Below, piece after piece: positions 40,401 to 51,431 of a stretch of 64,000 nucleotides of DNA. Under the pieces are notes generated by a model. It ran no database searches. It was not told where the DNA came from and saw only the letters and a program-made list of their open reading frames with translations. This DNA is from Octopus vulgaris (lineage: Eukaryota): the NCBI GenBank assembly GCA_951406725.2, contig OX597816.1, forward strand, positions 17,174,001 through 17,238,000. The letters are read 5' to 3'. Each line of letters opens with the position of its first letter. Position 1 is the first letter of the stretch. The translations under genes were made by a program, and so were the position numbers.

Positions 40401-41159
40401 ATAACTTGCTTCTTATGCAATGTGAAGTAAAACTCAAAACGAAGTGGGTGACAAAATCTCAGAGTATCCCAGATAAGTTTGTGTTTCTTTTATGAAACAG
40501 GAAAAGCACGAAAGCAAAATTACTACCAATGCCTATCATCATCGTCATTCTCCTCCTCCTCCCCCTCATCATCATCATCATCGTTTAACGTCCGCTTTCC
40601 ATGCTAGAATGGGTTGGACGGCTTGACTGAGGACTAGCAAACCAGATGGCTGCACCAAGCTCCAATCTGATCTGGCAGAGTTTCTATAACTGGATGCCCT
40701 TCCTAACGCCAACCACTCCGAGACTGTAGTGGGTGCTTTTACGTGCCACCGGCACGAGGGCCAGTCAGATGGTACTGGCAACAGCCATGCTCAAACGGTG
40801 CTTTTTATGTGCCACCTGCACAGGAGCCAGTCCATTGGCACTGGCAACGACCTAGCTCAAATGTTTTTCTATCTAATTCAAATAAAACTTAATCCCTAAA
40901 TTTTCAAATTATTCTGCAAACTGTAATAATTATTTATTCACATTGATTTGAATTAATCATACATTATCTCATAACTTTGAAATGGCTGATGATGCGATTG
41001 TTTATTTTTAGAATGACATTGTAGGGTAGGTGTAAGAAGCCAAACCTGGCTAGTTTGAGCATAAAACAGGCAGAATAATTGGGCACGAAATGGCTGGTTT
41101 AAATGCTAAAGGGTTAATGGTTCACAGGTCTGGGTTCAAATTTAACCAAAGTTCTCAAT

Positions 41160-41851
41160 CAATGGTTCCCATACATTTTCAGGATGCTGCCCTCTTGGCA
41201 CCCAGGCCACATTCCTAGCACCCCACTCCATCTCCCCACCACAAACACAGACCATTTTCTACAACAAATTCAAAACAACTATATATCATAAATAAAACTT
41301 AACCTAATAAATCCATTATTTCGTTGGGTTTACATCTATTGCCCCCTTTTGGCCACCCTAATATTGCCACACTTTTAAGGCAGCGAGCTGGCAGAAACGT
41401 TATCACACCAGGCGAAATGCTTAGTGGTATTTCATCTGTCTTTATGTTCTGACTTCAAATTCTGCCAAGGTCAACTTTGCCTTTCATCCTTTCGATAAAT
41501 TAAGCACCAGTTACACACTGGCATCGATATAATGGACTTAATCCGTCCTTGTTTGTCCTTTCTGTGTTTAGCCCCTTGTGGGTAGTAAAGAAATAGGTAT
41601 TTCATCTGTCTTTACGTTCTGAGTTCAAATTCTGCCAAAGTCGACTTTGCCTTTCATTCTTTTGGGGTCACTAATTTAAGTATCAGTTGCGTACTAAGAT
41701 CGATCTAATCGACTGGCCCACTTGCCCAAAATTTCAGGCATTGTGCCTAGAGTAGATATGATTATTGCCCCACTTTTCTTCAAGCCCCCCCCCCCCGGAT
41801 CTTTCCATTGCCCTGGGAGGGGTGCAGTACCACCAGGTTTGTGAACTAGTT
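41160..41851. mobile_element. hAT (Charlie-like) MITE containing a family B SINE dimer at 41377-41762
   Basis: TIR CAATGGTTCCCA / TTTGTGAACTAGTT; 8-bp TSD TTCTCAAT/TTCTAAAT; SINE TSD TATTGCC(A/C)CACTTTT. Confidence 0.7.
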
Positions 41852-42399
41852 TTCTAAATAAACTGCTTACTCAGTTTATTTGGCGGTGGTGGTTAGGGTA
41901 GGGGTTGATGGTGGTGGTTAGGGTTGTAGGTGGTGGTGATGATAGTGATGGTGGTGGTGATGATGATGATGGTGAGGGTTTGGGGTGATGGTGGCAGTAG
42001 TGACGGAAATGTTGGTAGTGGTAGTGATGAAGATGGTGGTGGTTGTTGTGGTGGTGATACAATTGTAATGTTTTGATTGCTGTAATCATGTTGATGAAAG
42101 AAGAAATTGTTAGGGGTGTGAGGGGGGATGGTTAAAGATGTCGTCCAATTGTTGTATTAGTGATTGGTTTGTCCAAGAATATTACTTTAAATTGATCTTC
42201 AATTCAATCATCTGAACATAGGATTTGAAGATTTTCTATAATCACAATTTGTAATGTATCATTCCTATAATTTGAATTGGAATTTCGCAGACGCTGGAAA
42301 TCGGAATTTCTAAATATGCCAAATTTTATTTATTTATGTATCTACACATCCTTCTTCCTCCTCATCTCCCTCCTTGGCCCCCTTCCTGTCCTCCACTTC

Positions 42400-42926
42400 A
42401 TCGTCTTCTTCTTCTTCTTCTTCTTCTTCTTCTTCTTCTTCTTCTTCTTCTTCTTCTTCTTCTTCTTCTTCTTCTTCTTCTTTTTCCCTTTACTCCGCCT
42501 CTTCCACCTTTACTCTTCTTCTTTCTCCTCCTCCATCTCCTCCCCCACCCTCCACACCCCCTCAGTTCATCCTCTCCCCTCACCTCCTCATACCCCTCCT
42601 CATACCCCCTGCTCCTTCTTTCCCCCTCGTCTTCTACACCATCTTCATCTCCATCTTCATTATCGTTGTCATTGTCCTCCTCCACTTCTTCATCATTTTC
42701 TTCATCTTCTTCATCTTCATTTGCTTTGCCCTTCTCCTCCTCTTCCTCCACCTCCGCTTCATCTGCTTCATCTTCTTTGTGTACTTCATCTTCTCCATCT
42801 TCTCCATCTTCTCCTTCTTCTTCTTCTTCTTCTTCTTCTTCTTCTTCTTCTTCTTCTTCTTCTTCTACTTCTTCTTCTTCTCATTATTATTATCATAATT
42901 ATTTATCATCATCATCATCATCATCA

Positions 42927-42958
<32 letters not shown>

Positions 42959-43060
42959 GTTGTTGTTATTATTATTATTATTATTGTTGTTGTTATTATT
43001 ATTGTTATTATTATTATTATCATTATTATTTCAATCCTCCTCCACCTCACAATCATTGTT

Positions 43061-43143
<83 letters not shown>

Positions 43144-43405
43144 CATCATCATCATCATCATCATCGTCATCATCATCATCCTCATCCTCATCATCATCAT
43201 CATCATCATCATCCTCATCATCATCATCGTCATCATCATCATCATCATCTTCATCATCATCATCATCATCAGCATCGTCATCATCATCATCATCATCATC
43301 CTCATCATCATCATCATCATCATCGTCGTCATCATCATCATCATCCTCATCCTCATCCTCATCATCATCATCGTCGTCGTCGTCATCATCATCATCATCA
43401 TCAAT
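42400..43405. repeat. Compound (CTT)/(TAT)/(CAT) microsatellite
   Basis: Direct reading. Confidence 0.95.
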
Positions 43406-45057
43406 AGCCATGATCTTTCCTCCAGCTTAAAAAGACACATTTAATAATATATATACCAGTCGGCTTTAAGCAGCTATCCATGGAGTTCTACATTCAAACA
43501 TGTATGCCATGTCATACTCGACCCCACCCCACCCCACCCACACTTACCATGGAAAGCATTTTCTTGGTACCTTAATACTTCCAATCACATTAACCATAAT
43601 GAATTTTAACATTATTCCAATATGATTAAGAATAAAGCAAAACAAATATTAATATTTGTAAGTGACAGTTTAAAATTGGCAAGGATTGATGTTAAAATTT
43701 AAACAAAAGATTCAATAGTTGAAAGTTGAAAAATGCAGACATTTTAACCAAATTGAAACTGCTTATGTCAAATTAGGAAATCAGTCAAAAATATTTATCA
43801 TCTTTTTTTGAGGTGCGTTAGTGTATGTGTGTATGTATGTTTATGTGTATTTGTGTGTGTGTGTGCGTATGAGAGTGTATGTGTGAATGTGTGTGGGGGT
43901 GTATATGCGTGTATGTATGTTTATGTGAATTTTTGTGTGTGCGTATGCGTGTATTGTGTGTGTATGTGTGTATGAGAGTGTATGTGTGTGTGTGTATGTG
44001 TGGGTGTATATGTGTGTATGTATGTTTATGTGTAATTGTGTGTGTGTGCGCATGTTTTTATTTGTGTGTGTGCATATGAGAGTGCATGTGTATGTGTGTG
44101 CATGCATGTGTGTATGCATGTGTGCATGCATGTATACATGTGTGTATGTGTGTATGTGTATTTATGTGTGTGATGTGCGTATGCATGTGTGCATGCATGT
44201 ATACCTGTGTGTATGTGTGTGAATATGTGTGTATGTGTGTCTGTATGTGTGTGTATGTGTGCATATGCATGTTTGTGTGTTTCTGTATGTGTGTGTGTGT
44301 GAGTGTGTGTGTGTGAGTGTGTGTGTGTGTGTATGTGTGTACAAATATTTTAAAAGTTTATCAGAGATTGTCACTTTAAAAATAACTAGAGAATTATAGA
44401 TTTTTATGAAAATTGTTGAATTGCATTCAAATAACTTTTAAGATATTGGCTGCGAATCAATATACACACTTAAAAAAAAAAAACCTAACAAAAACAGCAA
44501 GAAACAAAACAAAAACAAAAGAAGAAAAACAATCAAAGCAAAACAAAATATTCCACATCTACAGCAGGAAAAAGTTGGCTGGAATTCAAAATGAAATATA
44601 TTTTTCTTAAGGAAACAAAGGATAAATACACTAACTCTGATAAGTTGCAGCAAAAGGCGATAAAATAAAATTAACATGATTTGTTTTCTATTTTCTTCTT
44701 TCTGAACAAAGAAATTAAGCCACCTTCAATAATGTTATTTTCAGAAAGTTTTCAATTTAACATATTTATTTGAAATTTGACTCAAACAACAAATGCAGAA
44801 TCACTGGTTCCTCATTAGCACTGCAAACATATGTTACGTATGTTTTTGAACTGTGCCTCATCTTAAATAAAAGATTATGAGATATGTCTGCATGTATTAT
44901 GAGTGGTAAATGAGTTTTATAAAAGAGATAAAAATCTGTGGCATTTTCATACTAAAAATAGTATATACCTGAGAGCAGAACATAAATATTGTAATCTTTG
45001 TAACATGTTATTAATTACATTATTTGCATTATTTGCATTTGACGGATATTTACATAA

Positions 45058-45371
45058 TAATAATAATGAAATTATTGTATACAGTGCTCAGGTGCACCAC
45101 AACTTGTCAAAAGTGCGTATAAAGCATATGCAGTAATGTACAAATGTCTGGAAAGTGAACAGTGTATGAGTCAGATACATGATTGTGTGTGTATGGAGGT
45201 TAGAAAATCAGGTGTAGTGTTGGCGAATCTCAGGAAGCATGGAGATTTTGAAGTTAACAACTGATGCCGGCAGTTTGTTCCATACTTCAGCAACTTTTAG
45301 TGTGAAAAAATGTTTCCGAAAGTCATGGGAGCTGTGCTGGTTTCTGACTTTGTAAACATGTCCATGGGTGT

Positions 45372-45428
<57 letters not shown>

Positions 45429-45430
45429 TA

Positions 45431-45467
<37 letters not shown>

Positions 45468-45996
45468 GAAATTATTGTATACAGTGCTCAGGTGCACCAC
45501 AACTTGTCAAAAATGCGTTTAAAGCATATGCAGTAATCTACAAATGTCTGGAAAGCGAACAATGTATGAGACAGATACATGCTTGCATGTGTATGGAGGG
45601 GAGAAAATCAGGTTGGCGAATCTCAGGAAGCATGGAAGTTTTGAAGGATGCAGTGCTCTGACAACTAACAACTGATGCCGGCAGTTTGTTCCATACTTCA
45701 GCAACTCTTAGCCTGAAAAAATGTTTCCGAAAGTCATGGGAGTTGTGCTGTTTTCTGACTTTGTAAACATGTCCACGGGTGTTAGACAGATGGAGTTTGA
45801 AAGGGTGCTCAGGTTATTTACCTGTCCCAGGGCACCAAGTGAACAGTGTATAAGTCAGATACATGCTTGCGTGTGTATAGAGGGGAGAAAGATCAGGTGT
45901 AGTGTTGGCGAATCTCAGGAAGCATGGAAGTTTTGAAGGATGCAGTGCTCCGACAACTAACAGCTGATGTCGGCAGTTTGTTCCATGCTTCAGCAA
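45058..45996 (-). mobile_element. Three tandem CR1-clade 3' fragments with (ATT)n tails
   Basis: SNTRGHVYKVRKQH..HDFRKHFF.LRVAEVWNKLPASVVSC...FKTSML; units at about 45068-45372, 45468-45820 and 45838-45996. Confidence 0.8.
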
Positions 45997-46314
45997 CTCA
46001 TCTTGCTTGTTGTTAACACAGCGTTTCGGCTGATATACCCTCCATCTTTTATCAGGCATCTTGGAGAAATTTCAAACCTGGGTTCTCATTCCTAAGGTAT
46101 TTTTTGATGTTATTATTATTATTATTAGGAAGGGCATCCAGCTATAGAAACATTGCCAGATCAGACTGGGCCTGGTGCAGCCTTCTAGCTTCCCAGACCC
46201 CAGTTGAACCATCCAACCCATGCCAGCATGGAAAGCGGATGCTAAACGATGATGATGATGATGATTATTATTATTATTATCATTATTTTTATTTTTATTA
46301 ATATTATTATTTTT

Positions 46315-46368
<54 letters not shown>

Positions 46369-46920
46369 GAGTGAGCGAGCAGAGCATGCCATCAAAGTGA
46401 CACTGGGGTAAAATATACGAAGCCTAGTATACCCATCATGACTACCCGTCTGATAAGGGTACACCAGGCACATGCATCACAACCATATGTGCGCGACATG
46501 GTGATCTCATATCAAGATAAACAGCACATGACCTTGCAGGTGGAGCCCAGTTAGAATTTTCTTCAGATCGAGTAACCCATCCCGCTCAAAAGGTCCCTGA
46601 ATAAGGGTTGTTTAAGGACGTTGAATGAAACACCCATGTTTCCAGAGGTGAATTATTCAAACCCCAAAGAATCCTTCTCAACACATGGCTATGATACTCC
46701 CCCACTACTTCTGCTCGTGATCAGAGATGCACATATCGTCAGCCACTAAGGGACATGCTCAACTGGTTACGGTCAAACAACTGACAAGCAAATCTGTGGT
46801 ATTGAGCAGAATATTTGCTGTAGCCCATCTTTTATACCAAGACAAAACAATGTACATGATAACACTTCCAATCAGTTAAGATCAGAAGCCATGAGAACCA
46901 CTGCCTGGTACTGCATCAGA
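46369..46920. mobile_element. Family E, ~550-bp non-coding element flanked by (TTA)n on both sides
   Basis: Sharp ends GAGTGAGCGAGC...GGTACTGCATCAG; homologous to 3490-3872 and partly to 13935-14100. Confidence 0.7.
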
Positions 46921-47096
46921 TTATTATTATTATTATTATTATTATCATTATTATTCAGGTCACTGCCTGGAATCGAACTTAGAATCTTGGGGCTATTAGC
47001 CCGTGCTCTTAACCACTACACCATATGCCCGTGGGCATAGTGGTTAAGAGCGTGGGCTACTAACCCTAAGATTCCGAGTTCAATTCCAGGCAGTGA

Positions 47097-47170
<74 letters not shown>

Positions 47171-47175
<5 letters not shown>

Positions 47176-49117
47176 AGCCATTAACACTAGCCATTAACAC
47201 TAGCCATTAACAAAGTAGCACCAACAATCATAAAATTCATAGAGCACTCTATGAATAAATGGCAAACAGTCCTACACCTCCAAACAAAAGAGGGACTCAT
47301 GAAAACAAAAGACATCCCCATTAGAAGAGGAATATTCCAGGGAGATACGCTCTCTCCACTCCTTTTCTGCTTAGCACTGTCACCTCTATCTGATATGCTA
47401 AATAGAACTGGATGCGGATATAAATGTTACGGCCAAACGATCAGCCACCTTTTATATATGGATGACCTAAAACTATACGCTGCAAATGACAAACAGCTGG
47501 AAACACTATTAAAGACAGTTCATGGATTTACCAAAGAAATAGATATGAAATTTGGATTAGAAAAATGCGCCAAAGTAACCATGAAAAGAGGAAAACTAGT
47601 TAAGAGTAACAACATCACACTAGATGAAGCAAATGAAATAAAAGAATTAGACCAAAGCCAAACTTACAAATACTTAGGAATCCATGAACTAGATAAGACA
47701 CAACACACACAAATGAAAGAGAAAATAAAAAAAGAATATTATAGACGAGTTAGATCAATACTAAACACAGAGCTCAATGCTAAAAACAAGATAATAGGTA
47801 TCAACACTTTAGCTGTCCCAGTTATAAGTTACAGCTACAATATCCTTAACTGGACACGAAATGAACTGACCAAAATAGACAGGAAAACAAGAAAAATAAT
47901 GACAGGATCTAGGATGCATCACCCAAAATCTGACATAGAAAGACTATATATACAACGTATAGAAGGTGGTAGAGGCCTTATACAGCTGGAAAACTACTAT
48001 AAAATAACCACCATAGGACTGCAAAAATATCTACTTCAGAAGGAAGGAAAACTGATCCAGATAGCGGCAAAACACGAGCAAAACAAAAAACTGTTCTCAG
48101 TATTTAAGGAAGCTGACAAATACAAACAAGAAATCATACCACCTAATAAACATGAAGAAGAAGAAGAAGATGAAGAAACAACAAAAGCTATAAAAAAAAT
48201 GAAATCCAAACTAAAAATAGAACAGCAAAGAACCATGATAAAACGATGGCAAGAAAAGCCCCTTCATGGTAAATACTGGACTAAACTAAACGCAAAAGAA
48301 ATAGACAAAGAAAAATCCCAGCAATGGTTGAGAAGCTCAGGACTCAAAGCAGAGACAGAGGGATTTTTAATTGCAGCACAAGACCAAAGCCTCCCCACCA
48401 GAAATTACCAAAAACATGTAATGAAAAGAAATATTACAAGTAACTGCAGAATATGTGGAGATGGACAAGAAACAATAAATCATATTATCTCTAGCTGCCC
48501 AGTCCTGGCTAAGAAGGAATATATTCACAGACATGACAGAGTTGGAACTTACATACATTGGAAGCTATGCCAACATTATGGAATAACAACAGAAAAAAGA
48601 TGGTATAGGCACACACCAGAAAAGGTCACAGAAAACGAGAAAGCAACCATACTCTGGGATATGCCGATACACACAGATAGAGAAATTAAGGCCAACAGAC
48701 CAGATATAGTTGTCAGAGACCATGAAGAAAAAAAATGCTTTCTAATTGATGTATCAGTACCGGCAGATGACAACGTGTCTCTAAAAGAAATGGAGAAACT
48801 CTCAAAATACAAAGACCTGGAAATAGAGGTAACTAGAATGTGGAATCTGAAAACAGAAACAATTCCTATCATAGTAGGTGCATTAGGCATGATAAAAAAA
48901 TATTCAGACAAATACATAACAAAAACACCAGGACTTACAAACACATATAACATACAGAAAATTGCACTACTGGGCACTGCACACATCCTACGCAGAACAC
49001 TTTCCATACAATAACCATCAGAGCATCACAACAAATCACAGCACATACCCAAGGCACACAGAGCTGTGCTCGGTAGTGAAGTGAAAGCACGCTATAAAAA
49101 TAAAAATAAAACTACTG
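47171..49117 (+). mobile_element. 5'-truncated R4/Dong-clade non-LTR retrotransposon in (AAT)n
   Basis: Flanked by (AAT)n at 47101-47170 and 49118-49143; ~100-nt 3'UTR containing a GCACA/TGTGC hairpin. Confidence 0.92.
47251..49014 (+). CDS. R4/Dong-like polyprotein, C-terminal part: reverse transcriptase, CCHC zinc knuckle, restriction-like endonuclease; frame is open upstream to 47197
   Basis: RGIFQGDTLSPLLF, HLLYMDDLKLYA, YKYLG, CRIC..ETINHIISSC, RHD, RPDIVV..FLIDVSVP..K..KYKDL, PIIVGALG; no stops. Confidence 0.92.
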   Translation: MNKWQTVLHLQTKEGLMKTKDIPIRRGIFQGDTLSPLLFCLALSPLSDMLNRTGCGYKCYGQTISHLLYMDDLKLYAANDKQLETLLKTVHGFTKEIDMKFGLEKCAKVTMKRGKLVKSNNITLDEANEIKELDQSQTYKYLGIHELDKTQHTQMKEKIKKEYYRRVRSILNTELNAKNKIIGINTLAVPVISYSYNILNWTRNELTKIDRKTRKIMTGSRMHHPKSDIERLYIQRIEGGRGLIQLENYYKITTIGLQKYLLQKEGKLIQIAAKHEQNKKLFSVFKEADKYKQEIIPPNKHEEEEEDEETTKAIKKMKSKLKIEQQRTMIKRWQEKPLHGKYWTKLNAKEIDKEKSQQWLRSSGLKAETEGFLIAAQDQSLPTRNYQKHVMKRNITSNCRICGDGQETINHIISSCPVLAKKEYIHRHDRVGTYIHWKLCQHYGITTEKRWYRHTPEKVTENEKATILWDMPIHTDREIKANRPDIVVRDHEEKKCFLIDVSVPADDNVSLKEMEKLSKYKDLEIEVTRMWNLKTETIPIIVGALGMIKKYSDKYITKTPGLTNTYNIQKIALLGTAHILRRTLSIQ

Positions 49118-49193
49118 AATAATAATAATAATAATAATAATAACAACATTGAAAAATACCTTAGGGATGAGAACCCAGGTTCAAAATTTCCCC

Positions 49194-49240
49194 AAGACAT
49201 CTGATGAAGGCTGGAGGGTATATCAGCCGAAACGTATTAA
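49194..49240 (+). ncRNA. Minimal hammerhead ribozyme motif (Penelope-type); degenerate homologues at about 46015-46060 (-) and 51497-51545 (+)
   Basis: GACAT-CTGATGA-A-GGCTG-gagggtatat-CAGCC-GAAAC-GT-A; core boxes and stem II are intact, the 3' strand of stem I is deleted in this copy. Confidence 0.65.
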
Positions 49241-49507
49241 CAACAAACACGATGACAAATATCGTCAAATGTAAATAATGTAAATAATGTACATAATTTT
49301 TCGTCTCTTAAATATAGAATTGTGTTATTAATTGTTTAACTTTTTTTGCATAGGTAAAAAGTTACGAGTCATTTGATTCAACAGCTTTAATAAGATTGCT
49401 AATAAATGAAACTATTGCCATTAAACCCATTTGCATTGCAATAGGTACCATCTAACCTTTTCTTGTTCTTTTTTAAAAACAAAAGACAAATTTCATCATC
49501 GTTACTG

Positions 49508-49546
<39 letters not shown>

Positions 49547-49919
49547 CTATCATCATCCCCATCATTATCACCACCACCATCATCACCATCATCATCATCA
49601 CTGTCGTGATCATCTCCACTATTATCATCGTCGTCATCATCCTGAACATCATTACCATTGACATCATCATCATTATCATCATCGTTGTCGTCGTCGTCAT
49701 CACGTCATCATCATAATCAGACATTATCATTATAATCATCACTTTCATCATCACCAACATTGTTGTCTTTGCCATCATCATCATTTAAACGTCCATTTTT
49801 TTCAATGTTCATATCATGGGTGAAACGGAATTTGTCAAGAGAGATTTCCTACATTCAGATGCCCATCCCATCACCAATCCTTCATACATTTCCCAATAAA
49901 GAAATATCCTCTCATTGTA

Positions 49920-50148
49920 ATGAGCTGGCAGAATCGTCAGCTCGCTGGATGAAATCCTTAGCGGTATTTCGTCTGCCATTACATTCTGAGGTCATATTCC
50001 ACTGAGCTCAACTTTGTCTTTCATCCTTTTGAGATTGATTAAATAAATACCAGTTACGCAATGGGGTTGATGTAATCAACATAATCCCTTTGTCTGTCCT
50101 TGTTTGTTCCCTCCATGTTTAACCTCTCTGTGGGCAATAAAGAAATAA
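49920..50148 (+). mobile_element. Family B SINE
   Basis: GAGCTGGCAGAATCG...GGGCAATAAAGAAATAA. Confidence 0.8.
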
Positions 50149-51353
50149 GAGCACGGGCTACTAACCCCAAGATTCCGAGTTCGATTCCAAGCAGTGACCT
50201 GAATAATAATAATAATAATAATGATAATAATAATAATGATGATAATAATGATAATAATAATAATAATAATAATAATTTCGGAATTAGAGATAGACATACA
50301 AGAAACAAGCACAGAAAAAGCTAGGCGCATGAAAACCCGTGCCAAAACTGCGGCCTTAGATATTCTGAATAATAAATGGCAAGAAAAACCTCTCTATGGC
50401 AAATACCCAAAGAGAGCGAATAATGCAGATATCGACAAAGCCCTGACCCATCAATGGCTAATGGCCTCTGGCTTAAAATCTGAAACAGAGGGGTTTATCA
50501 TAGCAGCTCAAGATCAATGCCTACCAACAAGAAACTACCAGGCCAACATATTAAAGAACGGCAGTAGCCCAACATGTCGTGTATGCCGACAACAAAATGA
50601 AACCATTGATCATGTTGTCTCCAAATGCAGACTTCTAGCGCCTACAGAGTACCTCAATAGGCATGATAGAGCTGCACAATATATTCACTGGGTAATTTGC
50701 AAAAACCTGGATTTGCCCCATGAAAAATCTGGTGGGAACACAATCCACCTCTAGTGCTTGAAAATGACCACATCTCACTCCTCTGGAACTTCACCATTCA
50801 AACTGACAGGAAGATAGATGCAAATAGGCCAGACATCATATTGAAAGACTTCAGACAAAGAACATGCCTCCTCATTGATATGACTGTCCCAATCGATATA
50901 AACGTATCTGTCAAGACCTACCAAAAACTGAGCAAATACAAAGATCTTGAAATAGAAATCAGAAAAATGTGGAAGCTGAAGTCTAAAACAATACCTGTTG
51001 TCATAGGTGCCCAGGGAATGATAGCAAAAGGGACTGATTGCTACCTAACTCAGATACCAGGAAACCCCAAAATGGCAGAAATTCAAAAGATAGTGCTCAT
51101 GGGAACTGCTTATATCCTATGCAAAATACTCTCTATGTAATCCCAAGGTTTAAAACAAACTTTTTTTAAATTTTTATATATTTTTTAATTTTTTTTATTT
51201 TTATGTATTAGACATTCACTAGTACAACACCAAAGAAAAAAACCAAAAAAAAAACCCCCAAATATATGGCACAGAACTTCCAACCTGTTGCCTCTTGAGG
51301 TCTCTGGGTGAGACTTGGAGCCAACTTGTACAGACATAAAGCAAAAGTCAAAC

Positions 51354-51431
<78 letters not shown>

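Larger units (their letters stand above)
45013..47030 (-). mobile_element. tRNA-head/(AAT)n/hammerhead element, copy 1, fragmented by nested insertions
   Basis: Head at 46956-47030, (AAT)n, body at 45997-46110 (AACATCAAAAAATACCTTAGG...CAGCCGAAACGCTGTGTT), tail at 45013-45051 (AAATATCCGTCAAATGCAAATAATG). Confidence 0.75.
47033..49320 (+). mobile_element. tRNA-head/(AAT)n/hammerhead element, copy 2, with Dong-like insertion 1 in its (AAT)n
   Basis: Head at 47033-47100 (TAGTGGTTAAGAGC..GAGTTCAATTCC..GTGACCTG); body at 49145-49320. Confidence 0.8.

Noticed and set aside
46956-47100. tRNA-Ser(ACT)-like genes
   Set aside because: There is no acceptor stem closure, the copies are diverged, and they run into (AAT)n; these are SINE-type heads.
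48036-49007. Antisense ORFs within the Dong element
   Set aside because: They are shadows of the A-rich sense ORF with no motifs.
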